Positions 1-11,225 of a stretch of DNA of 64,000 nt are shown here, one piece after another. Position numbers and translations under genes: made by a program. The notes beneath the pieces are model-generated. The model ran no database searches, was not told the DNA's origin, and saw nothing but the letters and a program-made list of their open reading frames with translations. Source of the stretch: an uncultured bacterium. GTDB lineage: Bacteria; Hydrothermota; E44-bin80. The stretch covers positions 7,856-71,855 of the forward strand of contig CAYMQB010000006.1 in the NCBI GenBank assembly GCA_964392665.1. The letters are read 5' to 3'. Numbering within the stretch: position 1 is the first letter of the stretch; each line of letters begins with the position of its first letter.

Positions 1-3000
1 TCAAAATTATCTCTGGAGAATCCCGAAGGATTTACTGCAAAAATGGGTGCAGAAGGAATATACGACCTGCTTTGCGAATTGGATCTTGATGAAATTTCAG
101 CGAAACTAAAAATGTACTTGAGAATCGAGAAATCCTCTACAAAGAAAAAATCGATAGTCAAACGGCTTAAAATTGTTGAAGCATTTCGTTTGTCAAAGAA
201 TAAACCCGAGTGGATGATTCTCAAGGTTTTACCAGTAATTCCGCCTGACTTGAGGCCACTTGTCCCTCTCGAAGGTGGAAGGTTTGCAACTTCCGATTTG
301 AACGATCTTTACAGAAGGGTTATTACAAGAAACAATAGACTTAAGAATTTGATAGAAATAAAGGCTCCTGATATCATTCTTCGCAATGAAAAAAGGATGT
401 TACAGGAAGCTGTCGATGCGCTTCTTGATAACACAAGAAGGTCAAGACCAATAAAAGGTAGAGGAAACAGACCGCTCAAGTCTTTATCGGATGCTTTGAA
501 AGGAAAACAGGGAAGGTTTAGACAAAATCTTCTTGGCAAGAGAACAGATTACTCGGGAAGATCCGTTATTGTTGTGGATCCCACGCTCAAATTAGAACAA
601 TGTGGGCTTCCTAAGATAATGGCATTGGAACTATTTAAGCCTTTCATTATAAGAAAACTCGAGGAAAGAGGTTATGCGCAGAGTGTCAAGGGAGCAAAGA
701 GATTGCTTTATAAGAAATCACCGGAGGTGTGGAATATATTAGAAGAGATTGTAACCGATCATCCCGTATTGTTGAACCGTGCACCGACACTGCACAGACT
801 GGGCATACAGGCATTTAATCCTGTTTTAGTGGAAGGAAAAGCTATAAGGATACATCCGCTTGTCTGTGTTCCTTATAATGCAGACTTCGATGGAGATCAG
901 ATGGCTGTTCATATTCCTCTGTCCTATGAGGCTAGAGTAGAATCGGTGTTTTTAATGCTTTCATCGAATAATGTTCTTTCACCCGCCCATGGAAAACCGC
1001 TTGTTTCTCCTACCCAGGAAATTGTTGTTGGTTGTTATTACCTTACTAAGGAGAAGGACAATAGCAAAGGTGAGAACAAGGCTTTTTCTAATATCGCAGA
1101 AGTGCAGCTTGCAGTAGATAGCGGAGTAATAGAACTTCATTCAAAGATAAGATATAAGGTAGATAATAAAATTATTGAAACCACGGCAGGAAGGGTTATT
1201 TTTAACGAAATTATTCCAGCAGGTATGCCTTTTGTTAACAAGGTAATGGATAAGAATTCGCTTGGTGATCTTGTTGCAAAATGCTACTGGACTTTAGGTA
1301 ACCGTAAAACTGTTGAATTTTTGGACGAACTTAAGGAATTGGGTTTTCAATATGCAACTTATTCCGGGTTAACTATCGGAATCGATGACATTATCACTCC
1401 ACCCGAGAAAAAGAGCATCATTGACAGGGTGATGAAAGATATCGAGCAAGAACAGAAGAATTATGAAAAAGGTATCATTACGGATAGCGAAAGATATAAT
1501 AGGATTATCGATGCGTGGACAGATGCCATTGAATCTGTAGAAAATGCTCTCCTGGTGCAGTTGAGTGAGCACAGGAAAGGTTTCAATCCGATATTTATGA
1601 TGAGCAACTCTGGTGCAAAAGGTTCATCCGAGCAGGTTAGGCAACTTGGAGGGATGAGAGGTTTGATGACAAGGCCGCAGAAGAAGATAACGGGGCAGAT
1701 TGGAGAAATCATCGAAACTCCTATTCTACATAATTTCAAGGAAGGTTTGACTGTTCTTGAATATTTCATTTCGACGCATGGTTCGAGAAAAGGTTTGACA
1801 GATACTGCATTGAAAACAGCAGAAGCAGGATATCTTACCCGAAGGCTTGTTGATGTTGCTCAAGATGTTATTATCACAGAAGAGGATTGCAATGCAGTGC
1901 TTGGTCTGGATATTACTGCATTGAAAGAAGGAGAGAAAATAATCGAACCGTTGAGCGACAGAATAGAAGGGAGATTTTCACTTGAAGATGTTATTCATCC
2001 GTTTACAAATGAGATTATCGTAAAAGCAAATGAGGAGATAGCGGCTGAAAAGGCAAAAGAAATAGAAAAGTCAGGAATCCAATCGCTTAAGATAAGGTCG
2101 GTTTTAACATGCGAAGCGAAAAGAGGATTATGTAGGAAGTGCTACGGGAGAAATCTCGCAACAGGGCAACTTGTAGAAATAGGCGAAGCTGTTGGAGTAA
2201 TGGCAGCTCAGAGTATTGGAGAACCGGGGACTCAGTTAACTCTTAAAACTTTTCACATTGGAGGGACTGCAACTCGAATTACAGAGCAATCAGAAATCGA
2301 ATCTACCACCAAAGGAAAAGTCAAGTATAAAGAAATAAGATATTGTGTGTCAGTGAATAATGAAATCGAAGTTCTTTCGAGAAATGGTTACATCCTTATT
2401 GAAGATAAGGTTATTAAGAAGAAAACGAGGATGAGGGTTCCTTACGGTGCCATACTTAAGGTGAAAGAAGGAGATGAGATTGAGGTAGGAGATGTTGTTT
2501 TCAGCATTGATCCTTACAGCACAGTCATCATTTCGGAAGACGGAGGAAAGATAAAATTTGTCGATATAGTCGAAAACGTCACAATGGTTGAGGAACTCGA
2601 TTCAAGAACTCAAAGAAGACAGCAGGTAATTGTTGAATCTCGAGAAAGGGGAAAAACGTTCCATCCTCAAATCGATATTATTGACACGAAGAATAAGAGC
2701 AAAGCAAGTTATGCAATTCCAGTTGGTGCATATCTTCTCGTTAAAAGTGGTCAGAAGGCTTCACCTGGTGATTTGCTTGCAAAGATTCCAAAAGAAATAA
2801 GGAAGACAAGGGATATTACGGGAGGATTACCAAGGGTAGCGGAACTGTTTGAAGCTCGGATTCCTGGAAACGCTGCAATCATTTCCGAAATCGATGGTAT
2901 GGTAAGTTTTGGACCGATAAAGCGAGGAGAAAGAACTATTCTTGTTCAGAGCGATACTGGTGACGAGAAAGAGTATAAGGTACCATATGGAAGGCATCTG

Positions 3001-3621
3001 ATCGTTCATGAGGGAGAAAAGGTTAAGGCAGCCGACAAGTTATGTGATGGACCAATTAACCCCCACGATATCCTTGCTATTAAGGGAACCGTTGCTGCAA
3101 TGGAGTATCTAAGAAATGAAATCCAGGAGGTTTATAGATTGCAGGGTGTTAAAATAGATGACAAGCACATTGGAGTTATCGTGAGGCAGATGCTTCAGAA
3201 AATCCTGATAGGGAGTCCTGGAAATACTGGTTTTATCGAAGAGGATATTGTCGAAAAATGGAGGGTTAACGAGGAGAATAAGAGAATAATTTCGGAGGGA
3301 GGAAAACCCGCAGTGTTTAAACCACTCTTGCTCGGAATTACAAAAGCAGCGATAAGCACAGAAAGTTTCATTTCGGCAGCTTCTTTTCAGGAAACGACAA
3401 GAGTTTTGACCGATGCGGCTGTGAGAGGTAAAAAGGATGACTTGCTAGGACTCAAGGAAAATGTTATTGTTGGAAATCTTATTCCAGCTGGGACGGGGAT
3501 AAAGGAATATCTGGACATAAAACTTGTAGTTGATGAGAAGGATGAAGAAAATCCCGAAGACGAATTAGAAAAAGAGAAAACTCAAGAATCGGTATCAACA
3601 AAAAACGCAGAAGTACTGTAA
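1..3621 (+). CDS. rpoC: RNA polymerase beta' subunit, 5'-truncated by the window edge
   Basis: [12 protein letters not shown] catalytic motif, [40 protein letters not shown]; frame open from base 1 ([18 protein letters not shown]). Confidence 0.99.
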   Translation, partial: SKLSLENPEGFTAKMGAEGIYDLLCELDLDEISAKLKMYLRIEKSSTKKKSIVKRLKIVEAFRLSKNKPEWMILKVLPVIPPDLRPLVPLEGGRFATSDLNDLYRRVITRNNRLKNLIEIKAPDIILRNEKRMLQEAVDALLDNTRRSRPIKGRGNRPLKSLSDALKGKQGRFRQNLLGKRTDYSGRSVIVVDPTLKLEQCGLPKIMALELFKPFIIRKLEERGYAQSVKGAKRLLYKKSPEVWNILEEIVTDHPVLLNRAPTLHRLGIQAFNPVLVEGKAIRIHPLVCVPYNADFDGDQMAVHIPLSYEARVESVFLMLSSNNVLSPAHGKPLVSPTQEIVVGCYYLTKEKDNSKGENKAFSNIAEVQLAVDSGVIELHSKIRYKVDNKIIETTAGRVIFNEIIPAGMPFVNKVMDKNSLGDLVAKCYWTLGNRKTVEFLDELKELGFQYATYSGLTIGIDDIITPPEKKSIIDRVMKDIEQEQKNYEKGIITDSERYNRIIDAWTDAIESVENALLVQLSEHRKGFNPIFMMSNSGAKGSSEQVRQLGGMRGLMTRPQKKITGQIGEIIETPILHNFKEGLTVLEYFISTHGSRKGLTDTALKTAEAGYLTRRLVDVAQDVIITEEDCNAVLGLDITALKEGEKIIEPLSDRIEGRFSLEDVIHPFTNEIIVKANEEIAAEKAKEIEKSGIQSLKIRSVLTCEAKRGLCRKCYGRNLATGQLVEIGEAVGVMAAQSIGEPGTQLTLKTFHIGGTATRITEQSEIESTTKGKVKYKEIRYCVSVNNEIEVLSRNGYILIEDKVIKKKTRMRVPYGAILKVKEGDEIEVGDVVFSIDPYSTVIISEDGGKIKFVDIVENVTMVEELDSRTQRRQQVIVESRERGKTFHPQIDIIDTKNKSKASYAIPVGAYLLVKSGQKASPGDLLAKIPKEIRKTRDITGGLPRVAELFEARIPGNAAIISEIDGMVSFGPIKRGERTILVQSDTGDEKEYKVPYGRHLIVHEGEKVKAADKLCDGPINPHDILAIKGTVAAMEYLRNEIQEVYRLQGVKIDDKHIGVIVRQMLQKILIGSPGNTGFIEEDIVEKWRVNEENKRIISEGGKPAVFKPLLLGITKAAISTESFISAASFQETTRVLTDAAVRGKKDDLLGLKENVIVGNLIPAGTGIKEYLDIKLVVDEKDEENPEDELEKEKTQESVSTKNAEVL

Positions 3622-3630
3622 GGAGGAATA

Positions 3631-4023
3631 ATGCCAACGATTAACCAACTGATCAAAAAAGGAAGAAAAACGATATCTAAAAGAAACAAAACACCAGCTT
3701 TGGTGGGTTGCCCGCAAAGAAGAGGTGTTTGCACAAGAGTTTATACGACCACGCCAAAGAAACCTAACTCGGCATTGAGGAAAGTTGCAAGGGTGAGACT
3801 TACAAGCGGTTTTGAGGTTACATGTTACATACCCGGGGAGGGTCATAACCTTCAGGAACATTCAATAGTGCTTGTTCGTGGAGGAAGGGTAAAGGATTTA
3901 CCGGGGGTAAGATATCACATTATTAGAGGTGTTCTTGACACGGGAGGCGTTGAAGGGAGGAAACAGAGTAGATCGCTATATGGAGCGAAAAAGGGAAAGA
4001 AGCAACAGATAAAAGAAACCTGA
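3631..4023 (+). CDS. rpsL: 30S ribosomal protein S12
   Basis: [32 protein letters not shown]; AGGAGG RBS. Confidence 0.99.
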   Translation: MPTINQLIKKGRKTISKRNKTPALVGCPQRRGVCTRVYTTTPKKPNSALRKVARVRLTSGFEVTCYIPGEGHNLQEHSIVLVRGGRVKDLPGVRYHIIRGVLDTGGVEGRKQSRSLYGAKKGKKQQIKET

Positions 4024-4059
4024 TTATTTGTGGTCAATAGTAAACTATGAGGAGGTTTA

Positions 4060-4530
4060 ATGCCGAGAAGAAGGAGACCTGAGAGAAGGAAGGTTTACCC
4101 GGATCCCCATTACAACAGTCTATTAGTCGCTGGAATGATAAACAATATTATGCAGAGCGGGAAGAAGAGCATTGCCGAGAAAATCGTGGAAGGTGCAATA
4201 GAAATAATAGGGGATAAAACAGGCAAAAAAGGTGTCCATATTCTGGAGAAGGCGATTCAGAATGTTATGCCAAAGGTTGAAGTGAGACCTAGAAGGGTAG
4301 GTGGAGCAACTTATCAGGTACCGATGGAAGTTAAACCCAGTCGAAAGACTACACTCGCTATTAGATGGATTGTAAAGGCGGCGGATGCAAGAGCAGGGCA
4401 TTCCATGAAGGAGAAACTTGCAATGGAGTTAATCGACGCAAGCAACAATCAGGGCACAGCGATAAAAAAGAAAGAAGACACCCATAAAATGGCCGAAGCC
4501 AATAAAGCATTCGCGCATTTCAAGTGGTAA
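4060..4530 (+). CDS. rpsG: 30S ribosomal protein S7
   Basis: [24 protein letters not shown]; GAGGAGG RBS. Confidence 0.99.
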   Translation: MPRRRRPERRKVYPDPHYNSLLVAGMINNIMQSGKKSIAEKIVEGAIEIIGDKTGKKGVHILEKAIQNVMPKVEVRPRRVGGATYQVPMEVKPSRKTTLAIRWIVKAADARAGHSMKEKLAMELIDASNNQGTAIKKKEDTHKMAEANKAFAHFKW

Positions 4531-4560
4531 AGGTTGTTAATAGAACAAAGGGTAAAGATA

Positions 4561-4586
4561 ATCGCAGGCAGTGCCTGCGATCTTTT
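4561..4586 (+). terminator. Terminator/attenuator-like hairpin between rpsG and fusA
   Basis: ATCGCAGGCA-G-TGCCTGCGAT perfect inverted repeat followed by CTTTT. Confidence 0.5.
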
Positions 4587-4601
4587 AATGGAATACAAAT
4601 A

Positions 4602-6677
4602 ATGAAATATCCACTCAAGGACGTAAGAAATATTGGTATTATGGCTCACATTGATGCTGGAAAAACCACAACCACAGAAAGGTTTCTCTTCTATACGGGT
4701 AAGGTTCACAGAGTGGGAGAAGTTGATGAGGGTTCCGCAACAATGGATTGGATGGAACAGGAGAAGGAGAGAGGAATTACAATCACTTCCGCTGCGACCA
4801 CGTGTGTATGGAATGGAACCCAAATCAATATAATAGATACACCAGGTCATGTCGATTTCACTGTGGAGGTAGAGAGATCGTTAATGGTTCTTGATGGGGC
4901 AATAATGATTTTCAGTGCTGTAGAAGGAGTGGAGCCTCAATCCGAGACGGTGTGGCGTCAGGCTGATAAGTACCGAATTCCAAGAATTTCCTTTATTAAC
5001 AAAATGGATAGAATGGGTGCAGATTTTTCAAGGACAGTCAATATGATGGAGGAACGTTTGGGAGCCAATCCCGTACTCCTTCAAATTCCACTTGGAAAGG
5101 AGGAAAATTTCGAGGGAGTAATAGACCTAATAAAAATGAAAGCAGTAAAATGGTACGAAGAAAGATGGGGAATAAACCTGTATGAAGAAGATATTTCCAG
5201 AGAACATATTGCTCAAGCAGAGGAGTTTCATGAGTTATTAATCGAGAAGGTTTGTGACCTTGATGAATCCATTACCAGGAAATACCTTGAAGAAAAACCG
5301 ATAGGTGAAGATGAAATTATTAAAGTGCTTAGAAAAGGTACGATAAATGACGCTATCCATCCCGTCCTATGTGGTTCTGCATTCAAGAATAAGGGAGTTC
5401 AGAAGCTACTTGATGCAGTTATTAGCTTTCTTCCATCGCCTTTGGACATTCCTGCAATTGAAGGTGTAAATCCTGTTTCCGGGAAGACAGAGAAACGGCT
5501 TCCAGAGGAAAGTGAACCTTTTTCCGCAGTGGTTTTTAAGATAGCAACAGATTTTCATGTTGGAAAACTAGTTTTTGTCAGAATATATTCTGGTGTTGTA
5601 GAGCAAGGAAAAGCTGTTTACAATTCGAATATCAAGAAACATGAACGTGTCAATCGAATCCTTCAAATGCATGCAAACAAGCGTTTACAGATACCTTCCG
5701 TTTCTTGCGGAAACATTGCAGCCTTTGTTGGATTAAAGGAATCAAGGACAGGTCACACACTCTCGACCTTAAAACACCCCATTCTTTTTAAAACGCCGAC
5801 ATTTCCAGAACCAGTAATTTCTATCGCCATAGAACCTCATTCACAGATGGACTCGGAGAAGTTGGGTTCCACATTGAGGACACTTAAGGATGAAGACCCA
5901 ACATTTATTGTGAAATATAATGAAGAAACAGGGCAGACAATAATTTCGGGGATGGGAGAATTGCATCTTGAAGTTCTTCTAAATAGGATGATACGTGAAT
6001 TTGGAGTCAAAGCAAATGTAGGCAATCCGCAGGTTGCTTACAAAGAGACGACCACAAGCAGTCAAATTGTTGAGGAGAAATTCGCCAAGCAAACTGGTGG
6101 GAGAGGTCAGTATGCTCATGTTAAGATACAGGTTGAACCTCTTGGTAAAGGTAAAGGGATTGTTTTCGAAAGCAAAATTGCGCAGGGGGTGATTCCAAAA
6201 GAATTCATAAGTTCAGTGAAAGCTGGAATTCTTGAAGCGGCAGAAAATGGCGTCATTGCGGGTTTCCCTGTAGTTGACGTTAAAGCCACGCTTCTGGATG
6301 GTTCATACCATCAAGTCGATTCATCCGACATTGCATTTAGAAGGGCCGGTTCCATTGCGTTTTATAAGGCAATGGAAAAAGATAATCCGAAATTACTTGA
6401 GCCTATTATGGAACTCGAGATAGTATCCCCTGAGTCCTATACAGGTGAAATTATTAAGGACATTCAATCAAGAAGAGCAAAAGTCCTTGGAATGGAACAG
6501 AGAGAGAAGAATAGAATAATCGAAGCTTTTGTACCTCTTTCAGAAATGTTTGGTTATGCTACTGCATTACGTTCCCTATCGCAAGGCAGAGCTGTTTATT
6601 CTATGCAATTTCATGGTTATGAAACTGTTTCAGAGGGACTTCAGACTACGATACTAAAGAAGATCAGAGGATACTGA
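4602..6677 (+). CDS. fusA: Elongation factor G (str-operon copy, divergent in domains III-V)
   Basis: [31 protein letters not shown] GTPase motifs; start moved to ATG 4602 ([12 protein letters not shown]) from the ORF-track GTG inside rpsG. Confidence 0.96.
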   Translation: MKYPLKDVRNIGIMAHIDAGKTTTTERFLFYTGKVHRVGEVDEGSATMDWMEQEKERGITITSAATTCVWNGTQINIIDTPGHVDFTVEVERSLMVLDGAIMIFSAVEGVEPQSETVWRQADKYRIPRISFINKMDRMGADFSRTVNMMEERLGANPVLLQIPLGKEENFEGVIDLIKMKAVKWYEERWGINLYEEDISREHIAQAEEFHELLIEKVCDLDESITRKYLEEKPIGEDEIIKVLRKGTINDAIHPVLCGSAFKNKGVQKLLDAVISFLPSPLDIPAIEGVNPVSGKTEKRLPEESEPFSAVVFKIATDFHVGKLVFVRIYSGVVEQGKAVYNSNIKKHERVNRILQMHANKRLQIPSVSCGNIAAFVGLKESRTGHTLSTLKHPILFKTPTFPEPVISIAIEPHSQMDSEKLGSTLRTLKDEDPTFIVKYNEETGQTIISGMGELHLEVLLNRMIREFGVKANVGNPQVAYKETTTSSQIVEEKFAKQTGGRGQYAHVKIQVEPLGKGKGIVFESKIAQGVIPKEFISSVKAGILEAAENGVIAGFPVVDVKATLLDGSYHQVDSSDIAFRRAGSIAFYKAMEKDNPKLLEPIMELEIVSPESYTGEIIKDIQSRRAKVLGMEQREKNRIIEAFVPLSEMFGYATALRSLSQGRAVYSMQFHGYETVSEGLQTTILKKIRGY

Positions 6678-6707
6678 AGTTTGGGGAAAGAACCTGCCGG
6701 AAAATTC

Positions 6708-6736
6708 TTGACAAGAAGACAATTTTATTATATGCT
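6708..6736 (+). promoter_or_regulatory. sigma70-type promoter for the porin gene
   Basis: TTGACA-17 bp-TATGCT. Confidence 0.65.
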
Positions 6737-6913
6737 AATTTAACAAAGCTTGATATAGAAAGACCGCTCTAAGATGTCGTTTACCGTAGTGTTCTGATCA
6801 TAAGACGAGAATGCGAAAGAGAATAAGAGAACGATTAAGGCATCAGTTGTAAATACATCATAATCAATTGGGGTTGATTGTATTTCAATCCCTTACAAGA
6901 AGGAGGTATTTTG

Positions 6914-7906
6914 ATGAAGGTATTTGTCCTGACAATTCTATCTGTTATGCTCTTGGCAATAACACTTTTTTCACAAGATGAAGCCGTGATATCACATTAC
7001 GGTACACTTAAAGTTGGGGGAGTTCTCCAAAGCACATTTACTTACAATTTGGATACGCTTGAGGTACAAACACAGTTTGCCGTGAGGAAGTCGATTTTCC
7101 TCTTCTGGGGTACAATCCTCCAGGATAATGTTAAATACTTCGTTAAAGGGGGAGGTATGACTTCACCCTACATAATTGAGACAAAACTGATGTTTGACAA
7201 CTACATTCCGATGACAAGTATCGCCATAGGTCGTTACCTTCCAAATTTTACCTATTATATGTCTCGCAATTGTGCAATGTTGGATTTGATAGAGTATCCG
7301 TTGCTTGTTCAAGGCTATGCAATGTGGCAGCAAATTGGCGTTCAAACTACGACAACGACAGACTTTTTGAATTTTAGCTTGGGTATATTCAACGGATATC
7401 CAGCAAAATCTATAAGCGAAGACAATCATGCAAAGGACGTGCTGATTTCAGCTACGGTGAAACCACCAGTTGATTTCATTAAATTCTTCGGATATGGCTG
7501 GTTTGGAAATATGCTTATGGCAGATACTGTTGATCTTGCAAAGAATAGGATCGGTGGTGGTGCCATAGTGAATTACCCATTGAATGAACAGATGACTGTT
7601 TCACTCCAGGGAGAATATGTGATGGGAACGGATGAAGGTGTTGGTGTAAATGATCTGAAAAGCGCCGGTTATTATGGACAATTGTCTTTTAAAACAAATC
7701 CTCAGATAGAATTTCTCGGAAGATACGATGGTTTTGATTCAAACACCGGTGTTGACGGTAATGCAATAAGCTGGATTACCGGTGGAATGAACTACTTCAT
7801 AGATGGTGAACATGCGAAAATTTCTCTAAACTACATCAAAAAACGAGAAGAAATAGGCGAGTATGAAAACGATCAGTTCGTAATGCAATTTCAGATTTTT
7901 TTCTAA
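6914..7906 (+). CDS. Outer-membrane porin (phosphate-selective O/P-like beta-barrel)
   Basis: Signal peptide MKVFVLTILSVMLLAITLFSQ after AGGAGG RBS; amphipathic strands, RYD motif, C-terminal QFQIFF. Confidence 0.7.
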   Translation: MKVFVLTILSVMLLAITLFSQDEAVISHYGTLKVGGVLQSTFTYNLDTLEVQTQFAVRKSIFLFWGTILQDNVKYFVKGGGMTSPYIIETKLMFDNYIPMTSIAIGRYLPNFTYYMSRNCAMLDLIEYPLLVQGYAMWQQIGVQTTTTTDFLNFSLGIFNGYPAKSISEDNHAKDVLISATVKPPVDFIKFFGYGWFGNMLMADTVDLAKNRIGGGAIVNYPLNEQMTVSLQGEYVMGTDEGVGVNDLKSAGYYGQLSFKTNPQIEFLGRYDGFDSNTGVDGNAISWITGGMNYFIDGEHAKISLNYIKKREEIGEYENDQFVMQFQIFF

Positions 7907-7987
7907 GTTTTTTAAGCAGAATTTATGAGTTTATTTAAGTTGTCTAACAAGGTTCGCAGTTGTGATAATGAATCAGAGTAACTAAAG

Positions 7988-8176
7988 ATGTTTGGTGGAG
8001 CGATAGGCTGGCAGGAAATAGGAATTGTTTTGCTTATAGTCTTGCTGCTTTTTGGTGCCAAAAAAATACCTGAAGTTATGCTTTCGTTTGGTAAAGGTAT
8101 CAGTGCATTCAAGAAGGGAATGAAGGAAATTCAGTCCGAAATAAGCAAGAACGAGAAGAAAGAAGATGATAGGTAA
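7988..8176 (+). CDS. tatA: Twin-arginine translocase TatA/TatE
   Basis: [23 protein letters not shown]...[10 protein letters not shown] signature. Confidence 0.93.
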   Translation: MFGGAIGWQEIGIVLLIVLLLFGAKKIPEVMLSFGKGISAFKKGMKEIQSEISKNEKKEDDR

Positions 8177-8338
8177 GTAAAAAGAAACACATACTTAAAT
8201 ATAAAATAGTAGGCGAGATTTCAGCTTTAATGTTTGGAATGCAGCAAATTTTTTAATTGCAGTTTTTCTTTTAAGATAACCGGAGACTTATGTTTACTTG
8301 AGTCGAAGAATTTGAATTCAAAATAAAAGGGAAATAAA

Positions 8339-8836
8339 ATGCTAAAAAGAATCAAGGGAAGAGTAATCAAACTGGGAGATAATGTTGATACCGATGTGAT
8401 TTATCCTGGTAAGTATCTTCCCATCATAGATTCAGAGGAAATGGCACTACATGCACTTGAAGGACTTGACCCCGATTTCCCTGATAGGATCGGTAAGGGA
8501 GATATAATAGTAGCGGGAAAGAATTTTGGTTGTGGAAGCTCGAGAGAGCAGGCAGCAACATGTCTTAAATTTGCAGGAATTTCGGTCGTAATTGCCAAAT
8601 CCTTTTCAAGAATTTTCTTCAGGAACGGGGTAAATCAAGGATTACCTGTCATAGTATCATCCACCGCGGTTGATAAAGTAAAAGACGGTGATGAAATCGA
8701 AGTCGATTTTGCAACAGGAGAATGCACATTGAGTAATAAAGAAACTATTAAGTTCAAAGAATTTCCCAATTTCATCTTCTCTATCCTTGATGCCGGTGGA
8801 CTTGTCCCATACGTGAGAAGTAAAATCAAAACATAA
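8339..8836 (+). CDS. Aconitase-family small (swivel) subunit, LeuD/HacB/DmdB type
   Basis: GDNVDTDVIYPGKYL, GKNFGCGSSREQA, SFSRIFFRNGVNQGLP. Confidence 0.9.
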   Translation: MLKRIKGRVIKLGDNVDTDVIYPGKYLPIIDSEEMALHALEGLDPDFPDRIGKGDIIVAGKNFGCGSSREQAATCLKFAGISVVIAKSFSRIFFRNGVNQGLPVIVSSTAVDKVKDGDEIEVDFATGECTLSNKETIKFKEFPNFIFSILDAGGLVPYVRSKIKT

Positions 8837-8962
8837 AAATTCATCCCTCTTCTTGTCATTCTCAGTAGGCAATAGTTTATGGTTATGGAAGAATAGAGCT
8901 TGTAGACAAGCTAAAAGAAACGGAGAACTTTTTTTTGTGCAATATGGGGTTCGAAAACTTTA

Positions 8963-8991
8963 TTGACAAAAAGGAATAAATTTGATATAAA
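8963..8991 (+). promoter_or_regulatory. sigma70-type promoter upstream of repeat element and hutH
   Basis: TTGACA-17 bp-TATAAA. Confidence 0.6.
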
Positions 8992-9019
8992 GATGGAATG
9001 TAAATAGTCAGTAAACCCC

Positions 9020-9176
9020 GTCATTGCGAGCCTGCCGAAGGCAGGCGTGGCAATCTCATATTGAGAGAAAGGCAAGTATGGGATTGCTTCGCATGAGTCG
9101 AGCAAGCGCCGTGTAATAGGAAAATGTTTTGTGAATAATGATATTACACAGGGCAAGAAGTGGAACTCGCAATGAC
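9020..9176. repeat. Palindromic REP/RPE-like element copy 1 with 61-nt internal cassette
   Basis: GTCATTGCGAG (9020) / CTCGCAATGAC (9176) 11-bp termini; inner GCAATCTC/GGGATTGC stem; inner GTGTAATA/TATTACAC hairpin. Confidence 0.9.
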
Positions 9177-9299
9177 ACGACTCACTGCTTATTTACTCTG
9201 AATTATGACGGAGTTCACTGATTATTTACGATGGAATATTTGTAGTGGAACCGAGTATATGTGACGAAAACAAAAATATTGTAAAAAGGAGGGTCTCCT

Positions 9300-10826
9300 A
9301 TGTCAGTAAAGCTTGAGGGTAAGAATTTAACAATAGAAGATGTTGTCGTTGTAGCGAGAAATAACGAAAAGATAGACATTCCTGCAGTGGCAATGGAACG
9401 TGTGAAGAAGTGCAGGGCAATTGTCGAGGGAAAGATAAAAGAACACGCGATAATGTATGGTGTGACAACCGGGATAGGCGAACTATCGGAGGTAATTCTT
9501 CCACCAGAACAGATAGCAAAATTTCAGAGGTATCTTGTTTACAGCCATGCAGCGGGTTATGGTGAGCCATTGCCTGTCGAGGAAGTGAGGGCAGCAATGC
9601 TAAGCAGGACAAATGTATTGGTTCACGGCAACTCAGGTTGTAGACCTGTTGTTGTTGAGACTCTGAAAGAGATGCTGAATAAAGGTGTTACACCCGTAAT
9701 GTGCGAGAAAGGTTCTGTGGGTGCTTCCGGAGACCTTTCACCAATGGCACAGATGGCGCTTGTTTTGATTGGGGAGGGTGAAGCATTTTATAAGGGTGAG
9801 AGGATGAGCGGTAAAAAAGCAATGGAAAAAGCAGGGATTCCAATCCTTGTATTTGAGGCAAGAGATGGACTTTCGACGATAAATGGTTCTAATGTAGTTG
9901 CGGGTAAAGGAAGTTTGGAAATATTCGATGCTGAACAGTGGTTAAAAACAAGTGAGATTACTGCAGCGATGACGCTCGAGGCATTGAATGCGAATATGCT
10001 TGCCTATGATGAGAGGATACATAAAGCAAGAGGTTATCCAGGAGCGATTACTTCAAGTGAAAATATAAGAAGGTTGGTAAAAGATAGCGAATTGTTGAAG
10101 AGGAAAGGAAAAAAGGTTCAAGACGCATATAGTTTAAGAAGCACACCTCAGGTAATAGGGTCGGCAAAGGACGCATTCAAATTCGCAAGAGAGATGTTTC
10201 TTATAGAACTGAACGGTGTTGGCGATAATCCTCTATTTTTCGAAGATGACGGAGGAACGGTTATTACAGGTGCAAATTTTCAGGGAACACCACTCGCATT
10301 TGGACTGGAATTAGTTGGAATTGCAATTACAACAGTGTGTGCTCTCTCGGAGAGGAGAACGAACAGATTGATGAATCCGCACCTTAGCATGGGTTTACCT
10401 GCATTTCTCACGAAGGGTGCGGGAATGTTTTCCGGTTTAATGCTATCTCAGTATACCGCAGGTTCACTTGTCTGTGAAAACAGGGTCCTGAGTAATCCTG
10501 CTGCAACTGGCTCTATTCCAGCAGCAGCAGACCAGGAAGATTTTGTAAGTATGGGAATGACAACCGCAATAAAAACAAGACAAATCATAGAGAATGCAAA
10601 TGCGGTTGTTGCAATAGAACTTATGGCTGGTGCACAGGCACTCGATTTCAGGAAACCCATAAAACCCGGGAAAGGTGTCCAAGTTGCATATGATATAATT
10701 AGAAAATATGTGGAGCATCTTGAAGAGGACAGACCAATTTATGACGATATAAACAAACTTGCCAAGGTGGTAAAATCAGGTGAAATACTTGAAGAAGTAG
10801 AGAGGGCGATTGGTAGACTTAAGTAG
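9300..10826 (+). CDS. hutH: Histidine ammonia-lyase
   Basis: MIO triad in GSVGASGDL, YGVTTGIG, YSH specificity loop, QDAYSLRSTPQV, QEDFVSMG. Confidence 0.95.
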   Translation: MSVKLEGKNLTIEDVVVVARNNEKIDIPAVAMERVKKCRAIVEGKIKEHAIMYGVTTGIGELSEVILPPEQIAKFQRYLVYSHAAGYGEPLPVEEVRAAMLSRTNVLVHGNSGCRPVVVETLKEMLNKGVTPVMCEKGSVGASGDLSPMAQMALVLIGEGEAFYKGERMSGKKAMEKAGIPILVFEARDGLSTINGSNVVAGKGSLEIFDAEQWLKTSEITAAMTLEALNANMLAYDERIHKARGYPGAITSSENIRRLVKDSELLKRKGKKVQDAYSLRSTPQVIGSAKDAFKFAREMFLIELNGVGDNPLFFEDDGGTVITGANFQGTPLAFGLELVGIAITTVCALSERRTNRLMNPHLSMGLPAFLTKGAGMFSGLMLSQYTAGSLVCENRVLSNPAATGSIPAAADQEDFVSMGMTTAIKTRQIIENANAVVAIELMAGAQALDFRKPIKPGKGVQVAYDIIRKYVEHLEEDRPIYDDINKLAKVVKSGEILEEVERAIGRLK

Positions 10827-10883
10827 CGAGTAACAAAAGCCCCTTTGTTGCAAAATCTGTCATTCCAAGCAGTACATTAAGTT

Positions 10884-10913
10884 CCCTCTGTCAAGAGGGG
10901 ATTTAGGGGTGTG
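10884..10913. repeat. Short REP-like hairpin of the CCCTCT..AGAGGGGA..TAGGGGTGTG type
   Basis: CCCTCT-GTCA-AGAGGG followed by GATTTAGGGGTGTG. Confidence 0.6.
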
Positions 10914-10925
10914 TTAGAAGACATT

Positions 10926-11048
10926 CGCTTCATTCTCTGTTTTTTTGTTTGTCATTGCGAGTATTTTTTCATAATTTCTGCCGAAGCAATTTCATATTTA
11001 CCTTACCTCTTTCCTCTCCCTCAAAGGGAGAGGAAGTATTAGGAATAG
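10926..11048 (+). repeat. Direct repeat copy 1 (left flank of AbiE module)
   Basis: Matches 13069-13195; last 98 nt differ at 4 positions. Confidence 0.95.
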
Positions 11049-11148
11049 ACCCTTCGTCATAGGAGATTACCATCCTTCGTGGGATTTATCCTTGAGCGAA
11101 ACGAAGGACTCAGGACAGGCTTAACTTCGTTTCGGAGCTCGCAATGAC
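10951..11148. repeat. Palindromic REP/RPE-like element copy with different nested hairpins
   Basis: GTCATTGCGAG/CTCGCAATGAC termini; nested TTCCTCTCCC-TCAAA-GGGAGAGGAA and CCTTCGT...ACGAAGG-ACTCAGGACAGGC modules. Confidence 0.85.
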
Positions 11149-11197
11149 AGGATTAACTGAGTATTTATTAATGGGGTGTATATCTGTAAAAAACTTC

Positions 11198-11225
11198 TTG
11201 ACAATCATTCCCTTTTCCTTATAAT
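11198..11225 (+). promoter_or_regulatory. sigma70-type promoter of the AbiE operon
   Basis: TTGACA-16 bp-TATAAT. Confidence 0.7.

Noticed and set aside
4524-4601. N-terminal extension of EF-G from the ORF track
   Set aside because: GTG lies inside rpsG and the extension spans the hairpin; homology starts at ATG 4602
6743-6913. Riboswitch in the 170-nt porin leader
   Set aside because: Only short hairpins and no riboswitch consensus I recognise; an Rfam scan would be needed
8911-9156. 81-aa ORF, and the similar 25436..25651 ORF
   Set aside because: Translations of the palindromic repeats; no RBS or protein features
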